Below, piece by piece: positions 12,753 through 42,383 of a stretch of DNA of 64,000 bases. Made by a program: the position numbers and the translations under genes. Every line of letters starts with the position of its first letter. Position 1 is the first letter of the stretch. The notes beneath the pieces were generated by a model. That model saw nothing but the letters and a program-made list of their open reading frames with translations, was not told the origin of the DNA and did no database searches. This DNA is from Hormiphora californensis (taxonomy: Eukaryota > Animalia > Ctenophora). The stretch lies in contig CM035361.1 of assembly GCA_020137815.1 (NCBI GenBank), positions 3,472,001 to 3,536,000 of the forward strand, in the 5' to 3' direction.

Positions 12753-13611
12753 ATGTCTTTTGGGAAAATGCTGGTTGTGATTCTGTGGTTTTTACAGAAT
12801 GCAAATGCCACTGATCAAGGTAAGGAAGTTTTACCATTTGTTCCACTGATGTCCTCTATAATTGATAGTAATATGACTGAAACTATAATCAATTTTAGAG
12901 GGTTCTCTCGATTTGGTTCTCCGATAGGGTCTGCGGCGCCATGCAGAGGTTTCTAGGGTACTCGAACTTTAATTACCTTAGAAACCTTGATTTACCTTGC
13001 CTTGCTCGACATTCTTTCCGTGCAAATGTAAAGGAGGGGTAGATCAATATTTACCGAACCTATATGAAGCAAAATGAGGTGTGAGCTATAGCTACGCAAT
13101 AGGAACCCTGAAATCCAATTACTGACCATGTGTTTTTCCTTTATTTCAGTTTGTGGAGAGACATGTGGTTTCAGTGAAGTACCAAGTTGCACAAAACCTT
13201 GGGACCTTCGTTCAGAGAAACTTCACATCAGTTATAAGCTCTCAACTGGGACGGTTTCAGTTTATTTTGATTTATCTAATTACATTAGAATCATTTATGT
13301 TGAACCTGCCGGGTTTCAAATTGCAGAGTTCCAAAACGGAATAAACAAGGTTTCAACTGTGAAACCATACGATGATCTGGATGGCTACTTTGACAATTCC
13401 AATATCATTAATTTGGTAATGGAATATAAAACGAACCACACACTGACAATCCTCTGGAAAAACGTGAAAGACCAGGAATTTGATTTTCTCCACTCTACCT
13501 CAACCCTCGACAATCTTGGTGTGGCGGGAGATACTGCAGCAATCTCTATTGGATACGATTTAAACGATAATAATGATTGCTTGGAATTGAAATCAGATAA
13601 AATTGAAGCAG
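12753..13611 (+). CDS. Secreted protein, signal exon plus one 154-codon phase-1 domain exon (3' end not identified)
   Basis: Exon 12753-12819 MSFGKMLVVILWFLQNANATDQ G|GTAAGG; exon 13150-13611 (TTTCAG acceptor, G|GTAAG donor, 462 nt, open) containing KPWDLRSEKLHI. Confidence 0.7.
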
Positions 13612-14253
13612 GTAAGACACCACATGTTTTCTGTAAAGGAAAACCTTTTTTGTTTTTTTATTTGTTTACTTGTGCAAGCTAGCATGTCACTGTATGCCAC
13701 AGCATGAGAAAGCTCAATTCACTTAAATTTGTTAGTACAAATATTTTGGATTGGCCACTTGCATATGCCGATATCGGCCATTGCATTTCCATGTCATCAA
13801 TAGTAACTCAGAAATCTTAGTGTCAGCTGTAGCTCCCAAGAAAGAAATATCTGCAAAAAGATTAATACGTTTGTCTAAAATTTGGTTTTACTTCTACAAT
13901 TGTGTAGTTTCATCAGGCACTATTTGAGATGTATGAAGTATATTGCTAACCCAATTGCCACTGAAGAATTGCGGACTGTTATTAATACTGGGCCCCGATT
14001 CACCGGAACCCCTAATCCCAATATACTTTCTCCCGATCAGCATCCCGATAAATCGTGGTCTGACTGTGATAATTGTTGAGATACTAACATCACTAAAATT
14101 TACTTGGCTAAGCGTTTCATTTCCTGCATTATAAAGCTCAACCCCCCCCCCCCCCCGAATTTATCTCTGCAGCTTAGTAAGTTTAATATTTACTAAATAT
14201 GCTTTCTCTTTCCGCCCTTACTGTGCAGTATATCCGCTTTACGCTCACACGTG

Positions 14254-14450
<197 letters not shown>

Positions 14451-15141
14451 CCTCTATACAACACAGGTCCAGTCTTTGTTTGGGCGCTCTGCGACCAGTT
14501 ACATGCAGAAGTTCTGCTGCAAAGCTCTCCCTTTTTGTTCCTTGTACCACTTATATCCTTATTAGTGCAGCGGCCCATTGGAGAATTGTATGTTAACTAC
14601 ACAGCTGTTATATAGACAACCCTCGTAACTTATACTTTTCATATCATTTTTAGTCATAATACAGGGTGTCCCAGTGTCTTTGCATCACCTGCGATTTTGG
14701 GTCATGACCGGGCTCCATTAAACTAACCAAAACTCATCGAAAAATTGATCAAAATGGTCTAACAAAAACCAGTGTTCTGGCGAACATGTTGGTGGCAAGA
14801 TTGACGTTCTAAGTCTTACCAATCGTCAGATATATCGTCGTAAAGTCAAAAATACATGTTCATGACATCCGACCGGGGTTCACGTTTTGAAAAATTCACA
14901 AATGCAAAGTTGCTCGGATCACATTGCATCCCTTATAAGAGTTGTAGGAAATTGTCTGGCGGTCATATTGGTACCCGGGTTTTTGTCCTAGCTCAATGTT
15001 TAGAGTGTCTTATTCCTATATTGTAGACTTTATTTCGCTCGAATATTTTAGACTTGATTTCGCTGGAATATTATAGACTTGATTTCGCTTAAATATTGTA
15101 GACTAAATCAAGCTTGATTTCGCTTTAATCTATAAACGTAT

Positions 15142-15250
15142 CAAGAACCGATCGAATCAGGAAATACTGGTCCCTGATTGGCTGGTAACTAGTCACGTGA
15201 CCTAAATAACGAGTTGTGATTGGTTGTTTACTTGTTTCGGTCGGTTCTTG
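15142..15250. mobile_element. 109-bp hAT-like MITE (CAGGAACCGACCGA family)
   Basis: Short TIRs CAAGAACCGATCGAA/TTCGGTCGGTTCTTG; 8-bp TSD AAACGTAT. Confidence 0.85.
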
Positions 15251-15402
15251 AAACGTATAATTGTCGTCTACAGAGTTAACTCTGATCTAAGTTAACTGAG
15301 TTAACAGACCCCGACAGTGCACTCACGAGATGGGGTCTGCGGCGCCAGAAGGAGTTAACTCTGATCTCAACTCTGAGCTATAAATTTATAGATCACAGTA
15401 TA

Positions 15403-17468
15403 GGCAATTTTGCATTTGCGGGCATCGCACTATAGACGCAGTACCCACGTACTATAGACGCATTATAAACGCATTATAAACGCATTATAGACGCATTATA
15501 GACACACGCAATATAGACGCAATTTCGTAAGCAGCACTATAGACGCAATATAGACGCATTATAACAGCAATATAAACGCATTTTTATAGACGCGACGCAG
15601 TATAGCCGCATTATAGGCGCACTACCCACCCCAAAATCACCTTATAGACGCACTATAGACGCATTATAGACTGACTATAGCAGCACCATAAACGCTACAT
15701 AGACCCATATAGACGCATGATAGAAGCATTATAGACGCAAATCGCTTTTTATAGACGCCGCGTCTATAAAAAACGTGCTTTTTAAAGAAGCACTTTAGAC
15801 GTACTCCAGGCTACAGTGCGATATTTGAGGCGCAGTTGGGCGTTTTATAAACGCATTTTTGTCGCATATAAAAGGAAGCAGTATAGACGCATTATAGACG
15901 CATTATAGCCGCATGTGTGCGAACGCGAAATCGATAAAGACGTAATATAGACGCAAAATAAAAAGGAGAGGGAGAGAGATCTCTCTCCCTCTCCTCCCTC
16001 GAGGGAGGGAGGGAGGGAGAGGGAAGGAGAGGGAAAGAGAGGGAGGGACTGAGGGAGGGGTACAGGGACAGAAACAGACGGATAAAGACCTGAGACAGAA
16101 GGACAGAGTAAGATGGGAAGATAGTAAGATGGGAAGATAGTAAGATGGGAAGATAGTAAGATGGGAAGATAGTAAGATGGGAAGATAGTAAGATGGGAAG
16201 ATAGTAAGATGGGAAGATAGTAAGATGGGAAGATAGTAAGATGGGAAGATAGTAAGATGGGAAGATAGTAAGATGGGAAGATAGTAAGATGGGAAGATAG
16301 TAAGATGGGAAGATAGTAAGATGGGAAGATAGTAAGATGGGAAGATAGTAAGATGGGAAGATAGTAAGATGGGAAGATAGTAAGATGGGAAGATAGTAAG
16401 ATGGGAAGATAGTAAGATGGGAAGATAGTAAGATGGGAAGATAGTAAGATGGGAAGATAGTAAGATGGGAAGATAGTAAGATGGGAAGATAGTAAGATGG
16501 GAAGATAGTAAGATGGGAAGATAGTAAGATGGGAAGATAGTAAGATGGGAAGATAGTAAGATGGGAAGATAGTAAGATGGGAAGATAGTAAGATGGGAAG
16601 ATAGTAAGATGGGAAGATAGTGATATAGGGACGGAGTGAGACAGAAAAAGAGTGAGACAGAAAAAGACAGAGATGGAAACAAACGGACAGAGACAGACGG
16701 ACGGACAAACACGCGCTTATTATCTCCCTCTCTGTCTCACTCTCTCTCTCCACTCTCCATCTTAATCTCTCTCCATCTTACTCTGTCCGTCTGTCTCAGA
16801 TCTGTGCTGTGTCCATCTGTCTCTGTCTGATCTGTCTCTGTATCCCTCCCTCTTTCCCTCTCCTCCCCTCTCCCTCCCTCCCTCCCTCCCTCTAGTCTCT
16901 CTCCCTCTCCTTCTTATTAATTGCGTCTATATTGCGTCTTTATCGATTTCGCGCACATGCGTCTATAATGCGTCTATAATGCGTCTATACTGCTTCCTTT
17001 TATATGCGACAAAAATGCGTTTATAGTTCGCCCAACTGCGCCTCAAATATGGCAGCGTGCGTCTGAGTACGTCTATAGTGCTTCTTAAAAAAGCACGTTT
17101 TTTATAGACGCGGCGTCTATAAAAAGCGATTTGCGTCTATAATGCTTCTATTATGCGTCTATATGGGTCTATGTAGCGTTTATGGTGCTGCTATAGTCAG
17201 TCTATAATGCGTCTATAGTGCGTCTATAAGGTGATTTTGGGGTGGGTAGTGCGCCTATAATGCGGCTATACTGCGTCGCGTCTATAAAAATGCGTTTATA
17301 TTGCTGTTATAATGCGTCTATATTGCGTCTATAGTGCTGCTTACGAAATTGCGTCTATATTGCGTGTGTCTATAATGCGTCTATAATGCGTTTATAATGC
17401 GTTTATAATGCGTCTATAGTACGTGGGTACTGCGTCTATAGTGCGATGCCCGCAAATGCAAAATTGCC
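15403..17468. mobile_element. Foldback/Mutator-like element with long TIRs and central 16-bp minisatellite
   Basis: GGCAATTTTGCATTTGCGGGC... and ...GCCCGCAAATGCAAAATTGCC arms of ~600-700 bp built of TATAGACGCA repeats; 9-bp flanks CACAGTATA / CACATTATA. Confidence 0.85.
16107..16620. repeat. 16-bp minisatellite (AGTAAGATGGGAAGAT) ~32 copies
   Basis: Perfect tandem array. Confidence 0.95.
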
Positions 17469-19544
17469 CACATTATATATCAGTAAAATTGAAATTGTAC
17501 AGTATGGCAAATTAGTGGTTTGAAATTGTTTTAGTAAAATTTGAATTCCACAGCGAGACCTGCTGTACATTAGATCGACCATCGAACAATTCTAATCGAG
17601 GTATTTAGTATCAGTGGAAGATCCTTGCGCGACCACAATACTTTTTGATCTCTCAGCTGAAAATTTTATAATGCGCATCATTGATTTTTGAAAACTGTTG
17701 AATAAATTTGATATATGGTAGAAATTAAAACTGATAGCGGAAATATATTTTTGTACCAATTTACTGTAGAACATATACCACGCATCTAATTGTTATGTTC
17801 TAACGTATATGAAACGTTCTGTATTATATCTTGTATATATATCTGTTTAAGGCCTCTATCGATATTTAATTGACCAATTATACAGTTTCATCTGGTGTAG
17901 TATAGAGTTTATATATATTATATATAGTTTATACCATATCCGTCTACCGAAATACCTTTATAGTATATCTAGCTGATATACCACATTCGAATGATGGCAG
18001 TTTAAGAAAAAAATCCAAATCGAAATTGTCGAACAGTGAAGTCCATTGTTAAATTTAGTGATGTGATTATAAAATTATAGAAGCTTGGTATTCAGATTCT
18101 TCGAAGCTTACTGCGGTAGAGCTGCTGTAGCAAATCGATTTAAAGATACAATTTGAACAGGCCTCGTCTAGACACTACTGTGTTACTTTTGAGCTAGTGT
18201 ATATAGGTCCGTGTATATATAGGTAGTACATATACTATCTAAACGTATATAATCGGCCCTATAATACAGGTATATTGCATCGTTTTAACGCATTCTTTTT
18301 GGCCTAAAAAGGGCAGATTTTTTGATACTTTCCATGGACGCTTAGATAGTAAACGCAGGTAATCGAATTGTCGAAAAGTTTAATATTTATTTCGCTCTAT
18401 GAAATAAATGATCATCGAATTCTATCAATTGATATGCAGTGCAGCTCTGTGGCTACACACACAATCAATGCTTGATCCTTTATAGGCTCACTCAGATGTA
18501 TTAGATGGTCGTTAGGCTCAGTATATCCAGTCTTGTATCCATAGTTACATTTGATCCCTTAAATTGTTTGTTCTTTTATGCTCTTTATCATAAATGCACA
18601 TATTCAGCCATATCCTAAACTCATCTCTAACTGATATTCAATATACAAAGCAGCTTGTCTACAGTTTAAGTTAGCTCACTATATGTATCCGTGAGTATCA
18701 GTGATCAGTTTTGTTTAATTTCGGTTTATTTGAATGGATTTCCCTATAAATTATTATAATACCGACTTATAATAGTTCAACACGCCAAGTAGTATAGTGT
18801 AGCCGATTAGTTAGCTATAATAATTTACCCTAGGTATAGACGTCTACTACATGCATTGCATGTAGTAGACGTCAGAGATCAGTGACGTTCATTGAGTTTG
18901 CGTTTACAATTGTAGTATAAAGACTTCCGGTCCCCGTTACATGTAGAGATCTGTAGATATAGCTGTATATCAACTGTGTACATACTTGAGTCTTTAGTTT
19001 TGGGTGTGGTATCTACTGGATCGTTTAGGCTTCTATATAATGCTAGTATAGTTGAGTGTATCTAGTAGCTATAGCTGTGTAGTAGTGGATGTGTAAAGTC
19101 GACCCCCCTGTCCCTTGATTAAAAAATCTGACTTCATCTGGGTATTATTTAGGCTACTATATATATAACTAAGCTAGCTAGCTGTAGTGGGTGTGGTATC
19201 TAGTATCTATACCGTTTAGGCTTCTACTATCTAGTAGAATGTGCTTAGGATAAGGAACTTGCATATTTCTAATTGCCATTCAGATTGCCTTTCGTCCTCT
19301 CGATAACGATTTAAACGACTTTTTATTGCTGAAAGTTTGATGTTCTTTGCATTTTTTGTTTTTGCCATTCTTTAGAACGTCATAAATAATAAAACTTTGA
19401 GCCATCGAAAGCTCGATCGATTAGCAAAGTATTAACTCTTTTTAGACGTATTTTCTAGCCTTATTTGGGCATATTCAACACGTACTTTTGGTCATATTTG
19501 CTCACTAGTGAGCAAATATGATTGTATTGTGTATTATAGCACAC

Positions 19545-21496
19545 TCAAAACTTTTCACTTAGAAACTCTTGCTTCCTATCATCATCATCATCATCACCAC
19601 TTCCCCTAGAAGTAGATTTTAGTGTTCTCAACACCATCGCAGCAATTGTCCCACCCAGCACAAAAAACACAATGTAAACACTCTTCAAACTTCCTGCATG
19701 AATCATTAAATCCACATAAGGTCCGAATAATGTTCCCAAAAAGGCACTGCCAAAGAGCATCCCATTTGCGGTTCCCCTCAGCGCAGGAGGGAACACCTCC
19801 ATTGCCAATAGACTCAGAACATGAACAATACCCCCAACAACAGCCGCCGTCACGAGAGCACCTAGCAGCAGGAGAGATCCCGATATACAGTACATTTGGG
19901 TGATGAGAGAGGGAATTAGGAAGCCGAGGAGAATGAATAGAGCGTTAGGCCGGGAAGTGTTCCGATCCGTCAACAATCTGTGGGTCAAATACCCTCCAAA
20001 GATGAGAGAAATGTAGACAAAAGTAAGAAGAAGATACTCAAAATGATCATTCCAAGTTTCAGTTTGAACCTTCATATCCTCCAGAATGTCAGCAAGATGG
20101 CAGTAGCGCGCGCCAATCATTATAGGAAGTACAAAAGTTACCATTGTAAGCACTGCAGTACAGGTGAACCACGCGCAGCTGAGGGTGAGCACCGGACCGA
20201 AGAATCGGGCCATTAGTCCCTGCCAGCTTCCTCGCTCAGCCACCGTAGATTCACCAACCCTTTCCTCTTCAATACTCCACTCGAACTTGACCCTGTTAGT
20301 CATCCTGATCTTGGCCAGAACGTACAATTGTCCTTCAGTGTGCCCACAGAGCCCGTACCACCGTGGACTCTCGTCAATCACAAAGTAACTCAGAAAGAAT
20401 GAGATAGTGTGGGGGATTGCTAAGAGAGCGTAATGCCATCTCCACCCCACATCACGCAGCCCAAAGTAGGTAATTGTACAAATGACAAGGTTTATCAGGT
20501 AGGTTGTGGAATTGAGGAGGAAGAGAGAGAAGGATCTGGTTGTGGTCGGAGTCGCTTCACTGTATAATGTAGTTGAGAGCACCAAACTCATTCCAATAGC
20601 AGTCCCCGCCACCACACTACACACAATGAACAAGTAGTAATGGGGTGTAATTGAGCCAATTAGCATGGAAACTGAGCTAATTAGCGTTGTGGGGATTATC
20701 AGAGTTCGCCGGCCGTGGAGATCTCCGAACTTACCACCCACCACGCTACCTGCAATGGAGATGAAGAGGGTCCAGCTATAAGCTAAAATAAAGAGGGATC
20801 AGGGCCGTCAGAGCAAATTGGCCTGACCCTATTCTCGCAAGAATTATGGTCAGATCATTGGCAGCTAACAGAGGAGGGAGAGATGAATCTAATGAATATA
20901 TTTCCAATAAAACATACCAATTAGGCAGAAGAGAGCGAAGAAAGTGTAGACTAGACGATCCTCAAGGAGGGAAAGGTGCCAATAGGTGTTTTGATTGCTT
21001 ACAACTGCCGTACCTGGAATACAATTTATTATAGCTCCTCAATCATGGGATTATGCGAGAAGCGGAATTATGTTAAATTAAATTAAAATTTAGCTAGAAT
21101 GAAGTTGAAAGCTAAGCCAGGTTAAAAAAGAAAGTTTAATGTTAATAAAAGTTTAAAGTTAAAATTTACCCAGAATTATGTGAGAGAAAGCCACACTCCT
21201 CGCCAGCGCTGTCGCCACCAACAGAGTGTACTGGTACCTGGAGAAGAAAAGAGAAATGTTGTTTCAAGTAGCCAGCCACTATGATTTTTGCCGTACATAA
21301 GGCCGGGTGCAAAACACGATTTTCAAAGAAATGGGAGAATACCAGCTCTACAATGTTATTTAACTAATTGATTAATTAACTAATTAATTAATAATTACCT
21401 TCCAAAACCATATTTATCCAGCACATCTCCAGCTGGAAGTGCCTGTTGTGTGAGGGAGGTGTCCAGAAGGAAGGAACACTCTGAACCTCCACCCAT
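19545..21496 (-). CDS. MFS transporter, SV2/SVOP (SLC22-related) like, ~488 aa
   Basis: Exons 21496-21399, 21237-21170, 21013-20918, 20749-19545 splice in frame (1467 nt). Motifs DVLDKYGFGRYQ, GKFGDLHGRR (MFS motif A), GWRW, DESPRW, EVFPPALRGTANG; many hydrophobic helices. Confidence 0.9.
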
Positions 21497-21793
21497 CAAT
21501 ATTTCATTCACACCTGTGCAAGGGAAGAGTGAAAACTGAAAACAATCTGGCTTTGACCGGGAATTGGACCAGGGACTTTCAGAGAGAATTGCTATACCGA
21601 ATCCCGTCATATGACATGGCAAAACTGCAAAGAAATACAGTTGACAGACTTGAAAAGGGGCATTGTTATTGGCGGTAAGTAGAGAGCTTCCGCGTTGTTG
21701 ATACACTGCTACAGCTGGGGTGTGAGAGAAAGACAATATATGCAAACCTTTTACTATAACCTGGACTAGTGGAGGGAGAGAAGGGAGAGAGGG

Positions 21794-21895
<102 letters not shown>

Positions 21896-22806
21896 GAGAG
21901 AGTTTAGAAGAGGAATGTATAATGCGGCAAGCGAGTGTAGCAACAACAACCTCCATACACTATGATACCAAATACCAACAACAAAAACATGAATTCTGCA
22001 GTTCCCGGCATCCTAAAATAACAAATCCCTTCTGTTACACTATATATTCTAGAATCTATAGAGAGTATACTGAATAATTGATTAACTAAGATGAGAATGT
22101 TGAGATACAATTCTCTCATTCTCAACATACCCGGGATATGGAATTACCCAAATCCTCTAATAGACTTACTAATTTACTAGGCCGAGTATCACAGAACGGT
22201 GTTTGATATGTTTTTTATAAGAAACAGAGAATCTATATCATGTTCGATGAAACTGTCTACACACTAGTTCGAACTACGTACCAGGATTTAGATCCCAAGA
22301 TATATTCCATGAAACACATGTATCATTTCTAGGAAAAAGTAGTTAAAGCTGGGGGTCTTTTCTCTTAGTAATTTAGTTTACAACACTGGACCATAGCTCC
22401 TTCTAAGTAAATTCAATTTGATTTCACATCCACTATCCAGCATATTCTATAATAGACCTCTTCAAAAAGTCCCTATACTCTGCCAGAAAAATATGGCCCA
22501 TTTTTATAAAGCTTACTCTTATTTTATTATTTTTATTTTATTTTATTTTATCAATTGTGTGGCTCACATCGTAATTTTATGTCTGTGAGGGTTCGGTATA
22601 GATCAACCTTATATCTATCTCACCCTGATCCCCTTTTTAGCAAGACCACGTGACACCCATGAGATAACAAGTAGAACAGTCTCGAAGCTACTCTGTATCC
22701 TTCGAGGATAACTGATTGGGATCAGACCTAGATAGGAAGAGCAGACCTAAATAGGAAGAACAGGGATCTAGATCTAGAAGAACAGATACGAACAACATAT
22801 CTAGAT

Positions 22807-36250
<13,444 letters not shown>

Positions 36251-36712
36251 TATATACTGTTGAAATCAGAAGTTTTAAATTCGCTGTGAAGTATATATTT
36301 TTTTAACGAAATATATTGTGATGTCATGTTTAAAAATTATCATATTTTGCGAAAGTTGGTACTGACCGTGTTGATTTAAAATGTATAGTTTTAATTGATG
36401 TAAAGATTTGTGTTTTTGAAATTTAATTTAATCAACGACAATGGTAATAAATGGTCATAACATTTCATGGTCAATATATTACAATCATAAGTAATTCTAT
36501 TAATCAGCACAATATAATCAATTAATAAATTATGTACGATTCAAGGGTTTATCAGTCTTTCGACATTCATGTCTTATCAGTTCGACACAGCTATCACGTG
36601 ATTCAATACTCTTCAGCTTCTAACACTGCACGTGCAAATTTCAACTTTTCCTCTGCAACACGTTGCACGTGCAAGTATCTACTTTTTCTCTCTAATTCTG
36701 CACGTGCAGATT

Positions 36713-39256
<2,544 letters not shown>

Positions 39257-39750
39257 CTATAGGGGGTATGATGAAACTATTAAAGTCAAAGAAATCATAT
39301 TTCCAACATATTTCTTACAAATTCTTTAAAACTGAAAATGCAAGCCGATATGAGAACACATTGATATAGGAGCTATCCGGAATTTACGGGACCAACAACG
39401 ATAAACACCAAGATTCAAGAATTCTGTAATACCAAATCTGTTATATGTTGGTCAATTCTCGGCCAATAGAAACCGTGGGAGCAGAGGATTAATATATTGT
39501 TAGCTGGGAAAAACATAACATTAACCACAAAGGCGATAACTGGTCATAAGGGGTGGGAGCCACACTATGTAGTAACATTGGGAATTGGGGAAAATCTCGA
39601 ACTCCGGAACTTTGTTGAATGCTCTGTCAGGGCAATACTCTGATCACAGTTCTCGCACGCTCCGAAAGAACTGATAATTGGGTCAGACCAATGATCTGAC
39701 AGTGGTAGCTCTAAAACTAAGGACGTAGGAGTCGTGGATATCCGCATTAC

Positions 39751-40012
39751 TTTATTGGATGTCATTTGGGCTCTTGACGTCCATCGTTGGCATGGTAACC
39801 CGGAAACTGTCTTCGAAACAGTTCCTCTGTATTCTTCCCCTGTTGGGTCGTCCCTTTCAACGCACTCTAAGAGGGTTGTTATTATTATTATTTTAGGTTA
39901 ATTTCTATAGGTCAATCATTAATCACCGTTAAAAAACAGTACCTTTTGCGGAGTTTATTATAAACACAGCTTTTGCTAATAAGAAGATCAGAAGCACCAA
40001 GTGTTTCTTCAT
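39751..40012 (-). CDS. Signal-peptide exon plus N-terminal half of a kringle domain (gene fragment or 5' exons of the zinc-finger gene)
   Basis: 40012-39943 MKKHLVLLIFLLAKAVFIINSAK, G|GTACTG donor; from 39866 ECVERDDPTGEEYRGTVSKTVSGLPCQRWTS matches the kringle consensus C...G..YRG..S.T.SG..CQ.W; no NYCRNPD half found. Confidence 0.65.
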
Positions 40013-40152
40013 CGTCAGATCTATATGTAGGGTTTTTAAAATGGTATCCTAGGAATCCACCGGTTCAAAGTCACCTACGAAATAATTAAAATAAGAATGA
40101 TGATTATCCATTGTCGATTTTACTGATGTGACAAAATATAATGATACTTTTA

Positions 40153-40575
40153 TAGTAGAGTCGATAACTACATCGACCTCTCCCAATTGTTCCAGTTTTT
40201 GTCACATCTGTTTGGAGCCTCGACACGACCTCTAAACAGGTGTTACTTTTTTACAAACTGTTTTCATCTTGGTGTAATCAGCAGTTGAAATGTTGCTAAT
40301 CATAACAAAAACCTGACTAAATTTTTTCAACTTGGGGTAAAACCATGGGTGTCAAAAGTTAGCTCTAGGTCCCCTGAGTAACCATCCGGAGACTCCAAGA
40401 GATATTTCAAGCCGTTCTCCTGTAATCATTAATCCCGGTAGAGCACATATTTGAGTATGAATGAAAACAGTTTGTGAAAAAGTAACACCTGTTTAGAGGT
40501 CGTGTCGAGGCTCCAAACAGATGTGACAAAAACTGAAACAATTGGGAGAGGTCGATGTAGTTATCGACTCTACTA
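40153..40575. mobile_element. MITE with ~115-bp TIRs
   Basis: TAGTAGAGTCGATAACTACATCGACC... / ...GGTCGATGTAGTTATCGACTCTACTA. Confidence 0.85.
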
Positions 40576-41390
40576 TTAGCACTTACGTCTTTTTACATCG
40601 TTTCAAAAAGAGCAAACAAAATATCCTGGAGGCAACCAGTAAAAGTATCTAGCTGTAGTTTGTCCAAGCTTTGCTAGATTGTATGGGAGTAATGGTATTC
40701 AAAAAAGACGTTTGATAGATGGTATAAATAGTAAAGACTAGCACACTTCTTCACGTTTTTGGCCGTTTTCTTAGGCTCATTGGAAAGAGGACATTCATTT
40801 CTTTCAAATGAGCCTAAGAAAAAGAAAATCGGTGCAAAATGTATGGCGTTATGGTGCAAAATGCGTAGACAGACATGTCATGATCTACCCGTGTGTACCG
40901 GCCAGTTTCAAAATCATAAAGAAACCATAGCTGTCAATTCAGCCCTGTATCAACTGAGGAACGGCAAGAGATATACACTGTTTGAAGGAACGATTATAGA
41001 GATATCACGCTCTCGAAAGCACACCATCCGTCAGCAATGGTTTTAAACATGTCTCGACTCTCCAAATAGGCAGCAATTAATTTAATGATTTCCTGCTGAT
41101 GGCAAGAGATAGAAAGCAAATATCATAGAAACACACGTGGACGCTCGAGATATTAGTTTTCCGATGTAGAACTGGGATAGGAATATAGATAAGGAAACAT
41201 TACCACGTGGACTTGAATTAGAAGGGAAAGATATATCAGACAGAAGACAGACTAGACAAGCTAGAAGGATTAGAAATAATTGAATTGGGCAGAGATTCAT
41301 CACGAAATTTTGATCAAAATTAATCATTTTTAATTTGGGATGGTCAATGGTGGAATTTTGAATATATAATGAAATCAAGTTAAATCCCTT

Positions 41391-41830
41391 CATCTAACCC
41401 TCCTCTCGACCCTCTCATCAGCCCATCCCTCTAACGCTCCCCTCTATCTCATCCCTCTACCCCACCCCTCTATCCCACCCATCTACCCCTCCCCTCTAAC
41501 CCATCCCTCTACCCCACCCCTCTATCCCATCCCTCTACCCCACCCCTCTAACCCACCCCTCTACCCCACCCCTCTAACCATCCCCTCTAACCCACTCCCC
41601 TCTCTTCTCTAACCCACTCCTCCCACACCCCTTTAACCCACCCCTCTAACCAACCCCTCTAACCCATCTCTCTATCCCACCCCTCTATCCCAACCATCTA
41701 CACCTCCCCTCTACCCCTCCCCTCCACCCCACTCCTCCCCCCCCCTCCTCACCCCACCCCTCTAACCACCGCCCCACCCATCCCACCTCTCTAACCCACC
41801 CCTCCTCACCCCAACCCTCTAACCCCCTCC
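41391..41830. repeat. Degenerate ~13-bp C-rich tandem repeat (CCCCTCTAACCCA-like)
   Basis: Direct observation; G-run-rich opposite strand. Confidence 0.8.
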
Positions 41831-41839
41831 TGATTTCAG

Positions 41840-42383
41840 GTTGACGTTGGCCAGGTTGGAGTGAACGTGCCCATTCCCGTTCCCCTGCCCATGTTCAGTT
41901 TCACTGGTTCCAGGGGTTCCTTCCTGGGTGACGCCAACTTCTATGGAAAGGCTGGAATGAACTTCTACACTCAGTGGAAAACAGGTAGGTAACTATGGTA
42001 ACCATGGTAACTGTGAGCAGTGGAAAACAGGTAGAGATTTTATAGAATTAGAACTAGAGGTGATACAGGGTGTCCCATATAATGTTCTGTGGGTCGGTTG
42101 GAAAACAGGTAGGGATTTTGAAAGGATCTTTCGATATATATATCATATATGAACAGTTTCAAGTGCAAGCAATAAGATTGCTGCATTGCCAAACTTTTCA
42201 ACCTAGCATTTTTCTAGACTTGGACAATTCGAACAAGCATCCATCAAATTTTTAGAAACAAAAAAATCAAAATGACCTTCTTTCTTGTTGAGTACTGAAC
42301 AACTTCTTTCAGTTACTACATTGTGGAAGGAAGAAGATGCGAAGACAGCAAGCGCTGAAGTTGCTATGCCACGAATGCAGTAA
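41840..42383 (+). CDS. ALDH6A1: Methylmalonate-semialdehyde dehydrogenase, last two exons only
   Basis: 41840-41984 [48 protein letters not shown]; 42313-42383 [23 protein letters not shown]; characteristic ALDH6 C-terminus; upstream exons not found in the window. Confidence 0.9.

Noticed and set aside
15845-16753. 302-aa and 269-aa ORFs with LPILLSSHLTIFPSYY repeats
   Set aside because: Translations of the 16-bp minisatellite inside a foldback element
17480-19480. AT-rich region with CTATA/TATAG motifs as a possible gene
   Set aside because: No coherent spliced ORF found; probably decayed repeat
41391-41830. Interstitial telomere
   Set aside because: Units are ~13-bp CCCCTCTAAC variants, not (CCCTAA)n
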